Assembly: GCA_035296285.1 (NCBI GenBank)
Contig: DATHBF010000449.1
Location: 3,182-67,181 of the forward strand
Direction: 5' to 3'
Source: Pyrinomonadaceae bacterium
Lineage (GTDB): Bacteria; Acidobacteriota; Blastocatellia; Pyrinomonadales; Pyrinomonadaceae
Length of the DNA stretch: 64,000 bases
The notes beneath the pieces are model-generated. The model did no database searches and was not told the origin of the DNA. It saw nothing but the letters and a program-made list of their open reading frames with translations. The position numbers and the translations under genes were made by a program. Position 1 is the stretch's first letter. Every line of letters begins with the position of its first letter. Below, piece by piece: positions 32,565 to 41,975 of this stretch.

Positions 32565-35480
32565 ATGAGAACCACCAGTCCCCGTCCCCGGCACCTCCGC
32601 GGACATCGCTTTACGCCGTCTCTCAAGTCCCTGAAGCAGGCGTGCAGGCTCGCCCTTTGCACGGCGCTGCTCTGCCAAAGTTTCATTTTCGCCCCGGCCC
32701 GCACGCTGGCCGCGCCCGTAGTCCAGTCGGGGGGCCCGCGCAACCTGGAGGTCGAGGAGACGACCATCTCCAGCGGCGCGCTCATAGACCAGGAGATTCA
32801 GAATAGTCAGAATGGTAAGCAGACCAGCGGCCCCGACGGCCCTGAAGCGGTCCTGCCGGTCGGGCCGGACGACTCCATCAGCGGCGAGGAGCCGGGGCCG
32901 GGGGCTCCCGGCGACAGCGCCGCGTTCGACGCCATCAACTTCGACGAGAACGCCAACCTGACCGGCTTCTTCCAGATACCGCCCGACCCGGCCGGCGCCG
33001 TCGGCCCGGGGCACCTCGTCAACGTCGTCAACTCCTCGATTGAAATCTACACCAAGAACGGCGTGCGGCAGTTGCGCCAGTCGTTGAAGAACTTCTTTGC
33101 CTCCGCCCCGACGCCGCCGCAGACCGGCACCTTCGACCCGAAGGTCATCTACGACCAGTACCTTAACCGCTTCGTCGTGCTGACGATGGAGAGGATCGAG
33201 GCGGCGGGCGCCACGCCGAACCAGTCCCGCGTCTACCTCGCCGTCTCGGACGACAGCGACCCGAACGGCACCTGGTTCTTCAACACGCTCAACACCGAGG
33301 AGACCATCAACGGCCGCCAGACCTGGGCCGACTTCCCCGGCCTCACTGTGGACTCCGAGGCCGTCTACTTCACGACCAACCAGTTCGCCCACAACAACCA
33401 GACGCAGGCCGGCGTCTTCCAGGGCCAGCGGCTCTGGATCATGGCCAAGGCGCCGTGGTACGCGGGCGGCGCGCCCGTCAACACGCGCTACAACCCGACG
33501 GCCCTGGCGAACGCCCAGCCCGGCACCGAGGGCGCGGTCGCGACGACGATGCAGCCGACGCACATGTACGGCGACACGCCCGGCGGCCTCGGCACCTTCC
33601 TGCTCGCCTACGGCGGCCTGAGCGACGGCACCAACAACTACGTCCAGGTCATCCGCGTGGACAACCCGCTGGCCGCGCCCACCTTCACGGTGCGCTTCAG
33701 CATCGTGGGCACGCGCGCCGCGGACGACGCCACCAACCTCGCCCTGCCGCCCGCGCCGCAGAAGGGGACGAACAGGACGATTGCGACCAACGACCGCCGC
33801 TTCTCGCAGCACGGCGTCTACCGCAACGGCCTCATCTACTGCGCCGCCCCCGTCCGCCCGCCCACCGGCCCCGACGCCAACCAGGCGACGGCGCACTACT
33901 TCATCATCAACCCCGTGACCATTGACAACCCGGCCGCCGACCCGCCGCCGCAGGACCGGGGCAACATCGGCGCCGAGAACATCGGGGCGGGCACGCACAC
34001 CTTCTTCCCGTCCGTGGCCGTGGACGCGGTGGGCAACCTGGCCGTCGGCTTCGCCGCCTCCGGCCCGACCATCTACCCCGGCTCCTATTACACGGGGCGG
34101 CTGGCCATTGACGCGCCGGGCGCGACCCGGCCGGCCCGCGCGCTGCGCCAGGGTGTGGACTACTACGTCCGCGCCTTCTCCACCTCGACCTCGCCGACCG
34201 TCACGAGCCGCTGGGGCGACTACTCCGGCATCTGGCTCGACCCGTCGAACGAGATGGACTTCTACGTCTACAACGAGCACGCGCTCGCGCGCGGCACCAT
34301 CCTCAACAGCGTCGGCCCGCACGAAGACGGCCGGTGGGGCACCGCCTGGGGCGCCTTTAACGCCGCCAGCCTGGCGGTGGCCCCCGCGACGGCCCTGCCC
34401 GGACAGCTCATCATCTCCGAGATGAGCCCGCGCGGCTCCATTGGCCCGCTTGACGAGTTCGTCGAGGTCTACAACAACACCGACGCCGACCACTCCGTCA
34501 CGGCCGGCGACGCCTCGGGCGGCTACGGCATCGTGGCCGAGGACGGCGTGCTGCGCTGCACCATCCCGAACGGCACGACCATCCCCGCCCGCGGCCACTT
34601 CCTGTGCGGGGGCGCGCAGTACTCCTACGGCAGCGAGGTGGGCGTGGACGCCTTCTTCTCGGTCGGGGCGCCGACCTACGGCGACATCGGCGACTCGCAG
34701 GGCGTCGCCCTCTTCAACTCGGCCACGAACTTCTCGCTGGCCTCGCGCCTCGACGCCTTCGGCTACACCACCTCGGCCCCGCTCTACCGCGAGGGCTCGG
34801 GCTACCCTGTGGCGGTCGTCGTCAACGCCCCGCACAGCTACCCGCGCACCCAGTACTCCGGCTACGAGAAGGACTCGGACAGCAACAGCGCCGACTTCAT
34901 CTCGGTCAACTCCCGGCTCGACATCTGCTGCGACCCGCAGTCAGCGCTCGGTATGCCCGGGCCGCAGAACCTCGGCAGCCCGAGGCTGAGGCTCGGCCAG
35001 CATCCCGTCTCGCTCTTCGACCCGAACGTCGGCGCGTCCACGGCTCCTAACCGCGAGCGGAGTTCCATCGTGGTGCCGAACGGGCAGAACGGCACGCTGC
35101 GCTTCCGCCGCACCATCACCAACAACACCGCGTCGCCCGTAACGCGCTACAAGATACGGGTGGTGGACATCTCCACCCTGCAATCGCCGACGACGCCGCA
35201 GCCCGGCAGGCCGACGCCGTGCACCGCGCCGTGTGCGGACCTGAGAGTGCTCTCGTCGTCGGACGAGGCGGCCGTGGCCACCTCGACGGGGCCGAAGCCG
35301 ACTTCGGGGACGACGCTTGACTTCAGCGGCTTCCAGCCGCTCGGGGGCGGCTACAACTCCAGCCTCAACGTCAACCAGGTCCCGGTGGCGCCGGGCGCCT
35401 CGGTCAACGTCAACATGCTGGTCGGCATCATGCGGGGAGGCACGGCGAGGTTCTTCTTCTTCGTCGAGGCCCTGCCGTAA
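32565..35480 (+). CDS. large secreted protein with a sialidase-like propeller region, a lamin-tail-domain (LTD) and a C-terminal beta domain
   Basis: Has a signal-like N-terminus. Propeller-type segments are present (GPGHLVNVVNSSIEIYTKNG, RWGDYSGIWLDP). The LTD signature is LIISEMSPRGSIGPLDEFVEVYNNTDADHSV. The 805-aa antisense ORF (32418-34835) has typical high-GC antisense composition. Confidence 0.65.
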   Translation: MRTTSPRPRHLRGHRFTPSLKSLKQACRLALCTALLCQSFIFAPARTLAAPVVQSGGPRNLEVEETTISSGALIDQEIQNSQNGKQTSGPDGPEAVLPVGPDDSISGEEPGPGAPGDSAAFDAINFDENANLTGFFQIPPDPAGAVGPGHLVNVVNSSIEIYTKNGVRQLRQSLKNFFASAPTPPQTGTFDPKVIYDQYLNRFVVLTMERIEAAGATPNQSRVYLAVSDDSDPNGTWFFNTLNTEETINGRQTWADFPGLTVDSEAVYFTTNQFAHNNQTQAGVFQGQRLWIMAKAPWYAGGAPVNTRYNPTALANAQPGTEGAVATTMQPTHMYGDTPGGLGTFLLAYGGLSDGTNNYVQVIRVDNPLAAPTFTVRFSIVGTRAADDATNLALPPAPQKGTNRTIATNDRRFSQHGVYRNGLIYCAAPVRPPTGPDANQATAHYFIINPVTIDNPAADPPPQDRGNIGAENIGAGTHTFFPSVAVDAVGNLAVGFAASGPTIYPGSYYTGRLAIDAPGATRPARALRQGVDYYVRAFSTSTSPTVTSRWGDYSGIWLDPSNEMDFYVYNEHALARGTILNSVGPHEDGRWGTAWGAFNAASLAVAPATALPGQLIISEMSPRGSIGPLDEFVEVYNNTDADHSVTAGDASGGYGIVAEDGVLRCTIPNGTTIPARGHFLCGGAQYSYGSEVGVDAFFSVGAPTYGDIGDSQGVALFNSATNFSLASRLDAFGYTTSAPLYREGSGYPVAVVVNAPHSYPRTQYSGYEKDSDSNSADFISVNSRLDICCDPQSALGMPGPQNLGSPRLRLGQHPVSLFDPNVGASTAPNRERSSIVVPNGQNGTLRFRRTITNNTASPVTRYKIRVVDISTLQSPTTPQPGRPTPCTAPCADLRVLSSSDEAAVATSTGPKPTSGTTLDFSGFQPLGGGYNSSLNVNQVPVAPGASVNVNMLVGIMRGGTARFFFFVEALP

Positions 35481-35520
35481 CCTTTAACCCGCACCCCCGC
35501 GACGCGGGGCGGGCCTAACC

Positions 35521-35568
35521 GGGAGGGGCGGCCGAGTCGTGAAGGCTCGGCCGCCCCTCCCCTTTTCC
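35521..35568 (+). terminator. rho-independent terminator
   Basis: GGGAGGGGCGGCCGAG-tcgtgaagg-CTCGGCCGCCCCTCCC, a 16-bp perfect stem followed by CTTTTCC. It lies 41 nt after the stop at 35480. Confidence 0.7.
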
Positions 35569-35591
35569 GCGGCGGCGCCGGCCGCCCGTGC

Positions 35592-35620
35592 TTGACTCGC
35601 GCGGGGCGCGCGGCCATCAT
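35592..35620 (+). promoter_or_regulatory. candidate sigma70-type promoter of the CoA-pathway operon
   Basis: TTGACT-17 nt-CATCAT, about 65 nt upstream of the ATG at 35687. Confidence 0.35.
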
Positions 35621-35686
35621 TGGGCCGCCGCATTCCAAACGACCGCATCCGAAGCAATCCTATTCTTCCGAACGGGGTGAGTTTTC

Positions 35687-36502
35687 ATGGCAGAAGCCGA
35701 AGCCAAAGCCCAGGGGCTCGTCGGGTACGAGGTGCGCGAGGGCGTCGCCCTCCTCACGCTCGACGACCCGCCGGCCAACACCTACTCCTACGAGATGATG
35801 CAGCAGCTCGACCGCGCCGTCCTGCGCGCGCGCATGGACGAGTCGGCGCAGGCCATCGTCGTCACCGGCCGCGGCGAGAAGTTCTTCTGCGCCGGGGCCG
35901 ACATCTCGATGCTCTCCGAGGTCACGCCCGAGTTCAAATACTACTTCTGCCTCCACGCCAACGAGACGCTCTCGCGCCTGGAGCAGACGCCGAAGATCGT
36001 CGTCGCCGCCCTCAACGGCCACTGCGTCGGCGGCGGGCTCGAAGTCGCGCTCGCGGCCGACCTGAGAGTGGCGCGGCGCGGCGCGGGCAAGATGGGCCTG
36101 CCCGAGATCAACCTCGGCGTGCTGCCCGGCACCGGCGGCACGCAGCGCCTCGCCCGCGCCGTCGGCAAGTCGCGCGCCATCGAGCTGATGGCGACGGGCG
36201 AGCTCTTCGACTTCGAGCGCGGCGAACAGCTCGGCCTCGTCAACCGCCTCTTCGACGCCGCGACGGCCGCCGACTTCCTCGAACAGGCGCTCGCCTACGC
36301 CCGGCAGTTCACGGCGCCGGGCCGTGCGGCGATGGCGGCCGGGCGCATCAAGCGCAGCGTCCAGTCGGGCGCCGAAGTCCCCTTCGAGTACGGGCTGGCG
36401 CTGGAGCGCGAGCTGCAACAGCAGCTCTTCCAGTCCGAGGACGCGCGCGAGGGGATCAGCGCCTACGTCGAGAAACGCAAGCCCGTGTTCAAGGGGAAGT
36501 GA
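35687..36502 (+). CDS. enoyl-CoA hydratase/isomerase (crotonase) family protein
   Basis: GEKFFCAGADI...NGHCVGGGLEVALAADLRVA...EINLGVLPGTGGTQRL gives the crotonase oxyanion-hole motifs. Confidence 0.85.
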   Translation: MAEAEAKAQGLVGYEVREGVALLTLDDPPANTYSYEMMQQLDRAVLRARMDESAQAIVVTGRGEKFFCAGADISMLSEVTPEFKYYFCLHANETLSRLEQTPKIVVAALNGHCVGGGLEVALAADLRVARRGAGKMGLPEINLGVLPGTGGTQRLARAVGKSRAIELMATGELFDFERGEQLGLVNRLFDAATAADFLEQALAYARQFTAPGRAAMAAGRIKRSVQSGAEVPFEYGLALERELQQQLFQSEDAREGISAYVEKRKPVFKGK

Positions 36503-37293
36503 TGGGCTACGAGAACATCAAAGTCGAGTTCGACGCAGGTGTGGTGACGCTGACGCTGAACCGGCCCGAGAAGCTGAACGCCTTCGCGGGCCGCATGCGC
36601 CGCGACCTGGCCGAGACGCTGGAGCACGCGGGCGCGGACCCGGCGGTGCGCGTCGTCGTCATCACGGGCGCGGGCCGCGCCTTCTGCACGGGCGCCGACG
36701 TGAAGTACATGAACGAGCTGATGGAGCGCGACGACGCCGAAGAGTTCAGGCGGCTCCTGGGCGCCGGCCGGCGCGTGCTGACGGCCATCCGGCAGATGCT
36801 CAAGCCCGTCGTCGCCTCCGTCAACGGCCCCGCCTACGGCGCCGGCTTCAACCTCGCGCTCGCCTGCGACCTCCGGCTCGCCTCCGAGACGGCGACCTTC
36901 AGCCAGTCGTTCGTCAAGGTCGGCCTGCACCCCGACTGGGGCGGGTCTTACTTCCTGCCGCGCGCCGTCCCGTCGAACCTCGCCTGCGAGATGTTCTTCC
37001 TCGGCGAGCCGATTGACGCGGCGCGCGCCTACCACTTCGGGCTCGTCAACCGCGTCTACCCCGAGGGCGAGCTGCGGGCCGAGACGCGGCGGCTAGCCGA
37101 GCGCCTGCGCGACGCGCCGCACGCCTCAATCGCCGCCGCCAAGCGGGCCGTCTATCTGAGCGAGGGCGAGAGCCTGGAGCGGATGCTCCAGTACGAGACC
37201 GAGGCGCAGATTCAATGCTTCCACTCGCGCGAGGCCCGCGAGCGCGTTCGCGCCTTCCTCGAACGCCGCCCGCCCCGCGCCTCCGCACCCTGA
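36502..37293 (+). CDS. enoyl-CoA hydratase/isomerase family protein
   Basis: Begins MGYENIKVEFDAGVVTLTLNRPEKLNAF...GAGRAFCTGADV...NGPAYGAGFNLALACDLRLA. The ATG overlaps the upstream TGA (GTGATG). The 557-aa track ORF (35620-37293) is an out-of-frame upstream extension. Confidence 0.85.
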   Translation: MGYENIKVEFDAGVVTLTLNRPEKLNAFAGRMRRDLAETLEHAGADPAVRVVVITGAGRAFCTGADVKYMNELMERDDAEEFRRLLGAGRRVLTAIRQMLKPVVASVNGPAYGAGFNLALACDLRLASETATFSQSFVKVGLHPDWGGSYFLPRAVPSNLACEMFFLGEPIDAARAYHFGLVNRVYPEGELRAETRRLAERLRDAPHASIAAAKRAVYLSEGESLERMLQYETEAQIQCFHSREARERVRAFLERRPPRASAP

Positions 37294-37317
37294 ACGTTAC
37301 AACGCGCCTCAAAAACT

Positions 37318-37377
37318 CTTGGCGCCCTGGCTCCTTTGCATGAGAAGTTCTCGCAAAGGAGCCAAGGCGCCAGGGGG
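37318..37377. terminator. long imperfect hairpin between convergent genes (bidirectional terminator candidate)
   Basis: CTTGGCGCCCTGGCTCCTTTGC-atgagaagttctc-GCAAAGGAGCCAAGGCGCCAGGGGG. The stem is about 22 bp with two mismatches. Confidence 0.6.
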
Positions 37378-37404
37378 AAGTTTTAATTTAACTTTCGGCC
37401 TCGC

Positions 37405-38493
37405 TTACGGCAGGTCGGGCTTCGACAGCGGCGAGCCCTTGTCGCCGACGTAGACGTTGAGGACGGTGAAGTTCGACGGGATGCCGGTGGCGAAGGCGTG
37501 GTTGGTCACGAGCAGCGAGCCGTGGCCGTCGAAGGCGATGTTGGCCGGCGAGTCGTAGGGGAAGAACGGGCTCCCGGCGGGGTTGGCGAGCCGCCCCGTC
37601 TCCGCCCCCGAAGGGTTGAGGATGGCGATGCCCGACGCGGCCGGCGTCGCGATGGCGACGTAGAGGTTGCTCGACTTGCCGAAGGCGATGCCGTCGGGGA
37701 TGTCGCCCGGCGCGAACGCCTTGAAGACCTTGAGGTCGGACGCCTGCGGCTGCTCGGAGAGCGGCAGCGTGTAGATGTAGGGCATGCCCGTCGGGTCAAT
37801 CGAGACGACGACGAAGAGCTTCGAGCGGTCGGGGCTCAGGCGGAGGCCGTTGGCGCCGATGCCGTTGGGGACGGTGCCGAGGCGCGCGTCCTGGAAGTAG
37901 ATCTGCGGGGTGCCGCCGCCCGCGGGGACGCGCCAGATGGTCGCCTGCAAGGAGTCGGTGACGTAGGCGCTGCCGTCCTCGTCGAACGCGATGTCGTTCG
38001 GGAGCGAGGGCGCGTCGAAGAAGGTCGGCGAGCAGGGCGCGTTGTTGCCGTCGCACGCGGGCAGGTCGGGGAAGGGCGTCGAGTAAGACTCCTGCGCGCC
38101 CGAGCCGGTGTCGATGCGGTACATGCCGAGCTGGATGTTCAGGACGTAGAGGCGGCCCTGGCCGTCGAAGGCGATGCAGGAGTTGGCGTGCTCGAACTGG
38201 AGGGCCTCGCCCTGCGTCGTGTAGGTGGCTTCCGTAGCGCCGGTGTCGCGGTTGAAGGCGACGACGGTCGAGGGGCCGGTGCCGGCCGTGCCGAAGCGGG
38301 CCGGACCCGAGACGTAAACCTTATTGCCTTTGACGGCGATGCCTTCGGGGAAGCCCGGCGGCGTCGGGAACGTGGCGAGGACTTGGGCGTCGCCGTAGGG
38401 GCGGGCGTGGGAGGCGGCGTTGGTTGAGGGAACGAGCGAGGTGACGGTGGCCGCGGCCAGGAGTGCGGCTGAGGCGATCTTCTTAAGATTCAT
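37405..38493 (-). CDS. secreted SMP-30/strictosidine-synthase-like beta-propeller protein
   Basis: Start at MNLKKIASAALLAAATVTSLVPSTNA (the ATG at 38493). Shows blade-like repeats: PEGIAV.GNKVYVS, PNDIAFDEDGSAYVTD, GANGLRLSPD, PDGIAFGKSSNLYVA, PANIAFDGHGSLLVTN. Confidence 0.6.
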   Translation of the reverse strand: MNLKKIASAALLAAATVTSLVPSTNAASHARPYGDAQVLATFPTPPGFPEGIAVKGNKVYVSGPARFGTAGTGPSTVVAFNRDTGATEATYTTQGEALQFEHANSCIAFDGQGRLYVLNIQLGMYRIDTGSGAQESYSTPFPDLPACDGNNAPCSPTFFDAPSLPNDIAFDEDGSAYVTDSLQATIWRVPAGGGTPQIYFQDARLGTVPNGIGANGLRLSPDRSKLFVVVSIDPTGMPYIYTLPLSEQPQASDLKVFKAFAPGDIPDGIAFGKSSNLYVAIATPAASGIAILNPSGAETGRLANPAGSPFFPYDSPANIAFDGHGSLLVTNHAFATGIPSNFTVLNVYVGDKGSPLSKPDLP

Positions 38494-38689
38494 TTTATGA
38501 TGGCGCCTTTCTTCGGTTGGTGGCGATGGGCTCGTGCGCGCGGGTGGTCGGGGTCGGCTTGCCGCGCGCGTTAAGGAACTCTCCTCTACACGCATAGGCG
38601 CAAAGGCCCCGCGAAAGGGATCAGGGGGCGCGAAAAAAAATTTTCGGCTTGTCGCCCGCGCCCTCCGCCCTTAAACTCTGGACTCACCT

Positions 38690-39475
38690 ATGAAACTTGC
38701 GAACAGGACAGCCTTCATCACGGGCGGCGGGCGCGGCATCGGGCGCGCGGTGGCCGAGGCGTTCGCCTCGGAGGGCGCGCGCGTCTTCGTCGTGGCGCGC
38801 ACGGCCGGCGAGATCGAGCGGGCGGCCGGCGAGATTTGCGCCGGGTGCGGCGAAGGGCAGGCGGGCCACGCCGTCTGCGACGTGTCGGACCCGCGCTCGG
38901 TGGCCGACGCCTTCAAGGCGGCCCAGGGGTTCTTCGGCCGCGGCGTGGACATCCTCGTCAACAACGCCGGGGTGGCCGAGAGCTCGAAGTTCGTCGAGAC
39001 GGACAACGAGTTCTGGGAGCGCCACCTCGCGGTCAACCTCTCGGGCACGTTCTACTGCATGAGGGCGGCGCTGCCCGCCATGATCGCCAGGGGCTTCGGC
39101 CGCGTCATCAACGTCGCCTCCATCGCGGGCAAGACCGGCGCGCCCTACATCGCCGCCTACACGGCGTCGAAGCACGGCGTGCTCGGCCTGACGCGCTCGG
39201 CGGCGATGGAGGTCGCCTCGAAGGGCGTCACCGTCAACGCCGTCTGCCCCGGCTACGTGGACACGGAGATGACGGCGCGGGCCGTCGCCGGCATCACAGA
39301 GAAGACGGGGCGCACCTCCGACGAAGCCCTCGAAACCCTCAAGCGCATGAGCCCGCAGCACCGCCTCGTCACGCCCGAGGAGGTCGCGGCCGTCGCCCTG
39401 CTCCTCGCCTCCGAAGAGGGGCGCGGCATCACCGGCCAGGCCATCAACGTGGACGGCGGCTCGGTGCTCTTCTAA
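38690..39475 (+). CDS. SDR family oxidoreductase (3-hydroxyacyl-CoA dehydrogenase/FabG-like)
   Basis: TGGGRGIG cofactor motif, NNAG, and S...YxxxK (YTASKHGV). Confidence 0.85.
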   Translation: MKLANRTAFITGGGRGIGRAVAEAFASEGARVFVVARTAGEIERAAGEICAGCGEGQAGHAVCDVSDPRSVADAFKAAQGFFGRGVDILVNNAGVAESSKFVETDNEFWERHLAVNLSGTFYCMRAALPAMIARGFGRVINVASIAGKTGAPYIAAYTASKHGVLGLTRSAAMEVASKGVTVNAVCPGYVDTEMTARAVAGITEKTGRTSDEALETLKRMSPQHRLVTPEEVAAVALLLASEEGRGITGQAINVDGGSVLF

Positions 39476-39486
39476 ACTCTTCCGAC

Positions 39487-39879
39487 ATGAAAGTAATCAA
39501 CCCAGCTTCACTCGGCCGGCCCTCGGGTTACTCGAACGGGCTGCTGACGCCGCCGGGCGTGAGGGTGTTGTTCGTCGCGGGGCAGATCGGCTGGGACGAG
39601 AACCGGAGGCTCGTCGGCGAGGACTTCGTCGAGCAGTTCGACCGCGCGCTCGCGAACGTGCTGGCGGTCGTGCGGGAGGCGGGCGGCGCGCCGGGCTCAA
39701 TCGGGCGCATGACGGTCTACGTGACGGACAAGCGCGAGTACGCCGCGCGCCTCGCCGCGGTAGGAGAACGCTGGCGCGCGCTGATGGGCCGCCACTATCC
39801 GGCCATGACGCTCGTCGAAGTCAAGGCCCTGCTCGAAGACGGCGCGAAGGTCGAGATAGAGGCCACGGCCGTGCTCTGA
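39487..39879 (+). CDS. RidA/YjgF/L-PSP family enamine/imine deaminase-like protein
   Basis: Begins MKVINPASLGRPSGYSNGLLTPPGVRVLFVAGQIG...RMTVYVTD...VEVKALLEDGAKVEIEATAVL. It lies inside the longer out-of-frame track ORF 38836-39879. Confidence 0.8.
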   Translation: MKVINPASLGRPSGYSNGLLTPPGVRVLFVAGQIGWDENRRLVGEDFVEQFDRALANVLAVVREAGGAPGSIGRMTVYVTDKREYAARLAAVGERWRALMGRHYPAMTLVEVKALLEDGAKVEIEATAVL

Positions 39880-39882
39880 ATC

Positions 39883-40689
39883 ATGCTCCAACCCAAATCA
39901 TTCCTTTACGAAGTGAGCGGCGGCGTCGCGACCATCCGGCTGAACCGGCCGGAGCGCCTGAACGCGCTGACCTTCGAGGTCTACCGCGAGCTGACCGACG
40001 CCTTCGCCGCCTTGCAGACGGAGAAGGACGTGCGCGCCGTCGTCATCACGGGCGAGGGCCGCGCCTTCTGCTCGGGCGGCGACGTGCGCGACATCATCGG
40101 CCAGCTGCACGGGCGCGACATCGAGGGGCTGCTCGCCTTCACGCGCCTGACGTGCGAGCTGGTGCGCAACATCCGCCGCCTGCGCAAGCCCGTCGTCGCC
40201 AGCCTCAACGGCACGACGGCCGGCGCGGGCGCCTGCATCGCCCTCGCCTCCGATTTGAGAATCGCCAGCAACGACGCGCGCATCGCCTTCCTCTTCGTCA
40301 AGGTCGGGCTCTCCGGCGCCGACATGGGCGCCGCCCACCTGCTGCCGCGCCTCGTCGGGCTCTCGAAGGCGACCGAGCTGCTCTACACCGGCGACTTCAT
40401 CACGGCCGAGGAGGCGCACCGCGTCGGCCTCTACAACCGCGTCGTCGCGCCCGAGGACCTGGAGAAGGAGACGCGCTCTCTGGCCGAGCAATTGGCGGCC
40501 GGCCCCTCGTTCGCGCTCGGCGTGACGAAGGAGATGCTTGAGCGCGAGATGGACCTCTCGCTCGACGCCGCGCTCGAACTCGAAGCGCAGGCGCAAGCCT
40601 TCTGCATGCAGCACCCGGACTACCGCGAAGCCTACGAGGCGTTCATGGAGAAGCGCGCGCCGCGCTTCCGGCACGGAGGAGAAGTATGA
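39883..40689 (+). CDS. enoyl-CoA hydratase/isomerase family protein
   Basis: Contains VATIRLNRPERLNAL...GEGRAFCSGGDV...NGTTAGAGACIALASDLRIA. Confidence 0.85.
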   Translation: MLQPKSFLYEVSGGVATIRLNRPERLNALTFEVYRELTDAFAALQTEKDVRAVVITGEGRAFCSGGDVRDIIGQLHGRDIEGLLAFTRLTCELVRNIRRLRKPVVASLNGTTAGAGACIALASDLRIASNDARIAFLFVKVGLSGADMGAAHLLPRLVGLSKATELLYTGDFITAEEAHRVGLYNRVVAPEDLEKETRSLAEQLAAGPSFALGVTKEMLEREMDLSLDAALELEAQAQAFCMQHPDYREAYEAFMEKRAPRFRHGGEV

Positions 40690-41975
40690 GCCGTCTGACC
40701 CGCACGCTCGCCGCCCTGTCGCTCGCCGCCTGTCTCGCCGCCGCGGCCTCCGCGCAGACGCCCGCCGACGGGACGCTGCTCGAACAGAAGACCTTCGACG
40801 GCTGGGACTACAACGGGCTCGCGCCCTGGCAGCGGGCCGTCTACGGCCGCGAGACGTTCGACGCCCTGCGCAACTCGGCCGACGTGGAGCTGCTTAAGAT
40901 CAGGTACGCGAGCGGCGGCCTGAGCGTCGCCGGCTTCATCGCCAAGCCGAAGAAGACGGCGGGAAGGCTGCCCGTCATCATCTTCAACCGCGGCGGCTTA
41001 GACGAAGGCGTCATCGGGATGTCGAACTTCAACTACATCCACGAGATGTTCCGCTACGCCTCCGAGGGCTTCGTCGTCGTCGCCTCGCAGTACCGCGGCG
41101 TGGACGGCGCGGGCGGGCGCGACGAGGTGGGCGGCGCCGACCTCGCCGACGTTTTCAACATCATGAAGCTCGCCCGCTCGCTCGACTACGTTGACGCCGA
41201 CCGCCTCTTCATGTGGGGCTACTCGCGCGGCGGGCTGATGACGCTGCAAGCCCTCCGCGACGGCGCGAAGCCGCGCGCCGTCGTCCTCGTCGGCGCCCCG
41301 ACCGACTACGGCGCGCTGCTGCCCGGCTTCGAGAGCTTCTTCCGCGCGGCCTTCCCCGACTACGACCGCCGCAAGGAGGAGCACCTGCGCAACCGCACGC
41401 CCCTCAACTGGGTCGAGAAGATAGACGCGCCCGTGCTCATCCTCCACGGCGGCGACGACAACCTCACGCCCGTCCAGTCGCTCAACCTCGCGCGCCGGAT
41501 GGAAGAGTCGGGCAAGCTCTACGAGCTGGTCATCTATGCCGGCGACAACCACCCCGTCCTCTTCAACCGCGAGGACCGCCTGCGCCGCACCGTTGACTGG
41601 TTCAAGAACCCGCGCAAGATGTCTGCGGCCTCGGCCGTCCGCAAGACGGTCGAGACGCACGGCGTCGAGGCCGCGCTCAAACAGTACCGGGAGCTGCAAA
41701 GGACGCAGGCCGACCGCTACCAGTTCGGCGAGGCCGACCTCAACCGCTTCGGCTACTCGCTGCTCGGCGAGGGGCGCGTCAAGGAGGCCGTCGAAGTCTT
41801 CAAGCTCAACGCCGAGCTGTTCCCGCAGAGCTTCAACACCTACGACAGTCTCGCCGAGGCTTACGCCGCCGCGGGCGAGCGCGAGCTGGCGATGAAGAAC
41901 TACAGGAAGTCGCTTGAGCTGAATCCGCAGAACGCGAACGCCGCGGACAGGCTGAAGGAGTTGGAAAAGAAGTAG
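40686..41975 (+). CDS. secreted S9-type alpha/beta hydrolase (prolyl oligopeptidase/DPP-like) with C-terminal TPR
   Basis: Signal peptide MSRLTRTLAALSLAACLAAAASAQ. Nucleophile elbow MWGYSRGG. ...ILHGGDDNLTP contains the acid residue region. The C-terminus (NAELFPQSFNTYDSLAEAYAAAGERELAMKNYRKSLELNPQN) is TPR-like. Confidence 0.7.
   Translation: MSRLTRTLAALSLAACLAAAASAQTPADGTLLEQKTFDGWDYNGLAPWQRAVYGRETFDALRNSADVELLKIRYASGGLSVAGFIAKPKKTAGRLPVIIFNRGGLDEGVIGMSNFNYIHEMFRYASEGFVVVASQYRGVDGAGGRDEVGGADLADVFNIMKLARSLDYVDADRLFMWGYSRGGLMTLQALRDGAKPRAVVLVGAPTDYGALLPGFESFFRAAFPDYDRRKEEHLRNRTPLNWVEKIDAPVLILHGGDDNLTPVQSLNLARRMEESGKLYELVIYAGDNHPVLFNREDRLRRTVDWFKNPRKMSAASAVRKTVETHGVEAALKQYRELQRTQADRYQFGEADLNRFGYSLLGEGRVKEAVEVFKLNAELFPQSFNTYDSLAEAYAAAGERELAMKNYRKSLELNPQNANAADRLKELEKK

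Noticed and set aside
32418-34835. 805-aa ORF on the minus strand
   Set aside because: It is antisense to the 971-aa secreted LTD protein. Its composition (R/G/A/V/D-rich, for example GVDDDRHRVARALAVERGRGG) is typical of spurious antisense frames in high-GC DNA. It has no signal peptide, motifs or RBS, whereas the plus-strand ORF has recognisable domains.
35620-37293. 557-aa ORF spanning two crotonase genes
   Set aside because: Only the last 263 codons (from the ATG at 36502) look like protein, namely a crotonase. The upstream part is an Arg/Pro-rich out-of-frame reading of the 35687-36502 gene.
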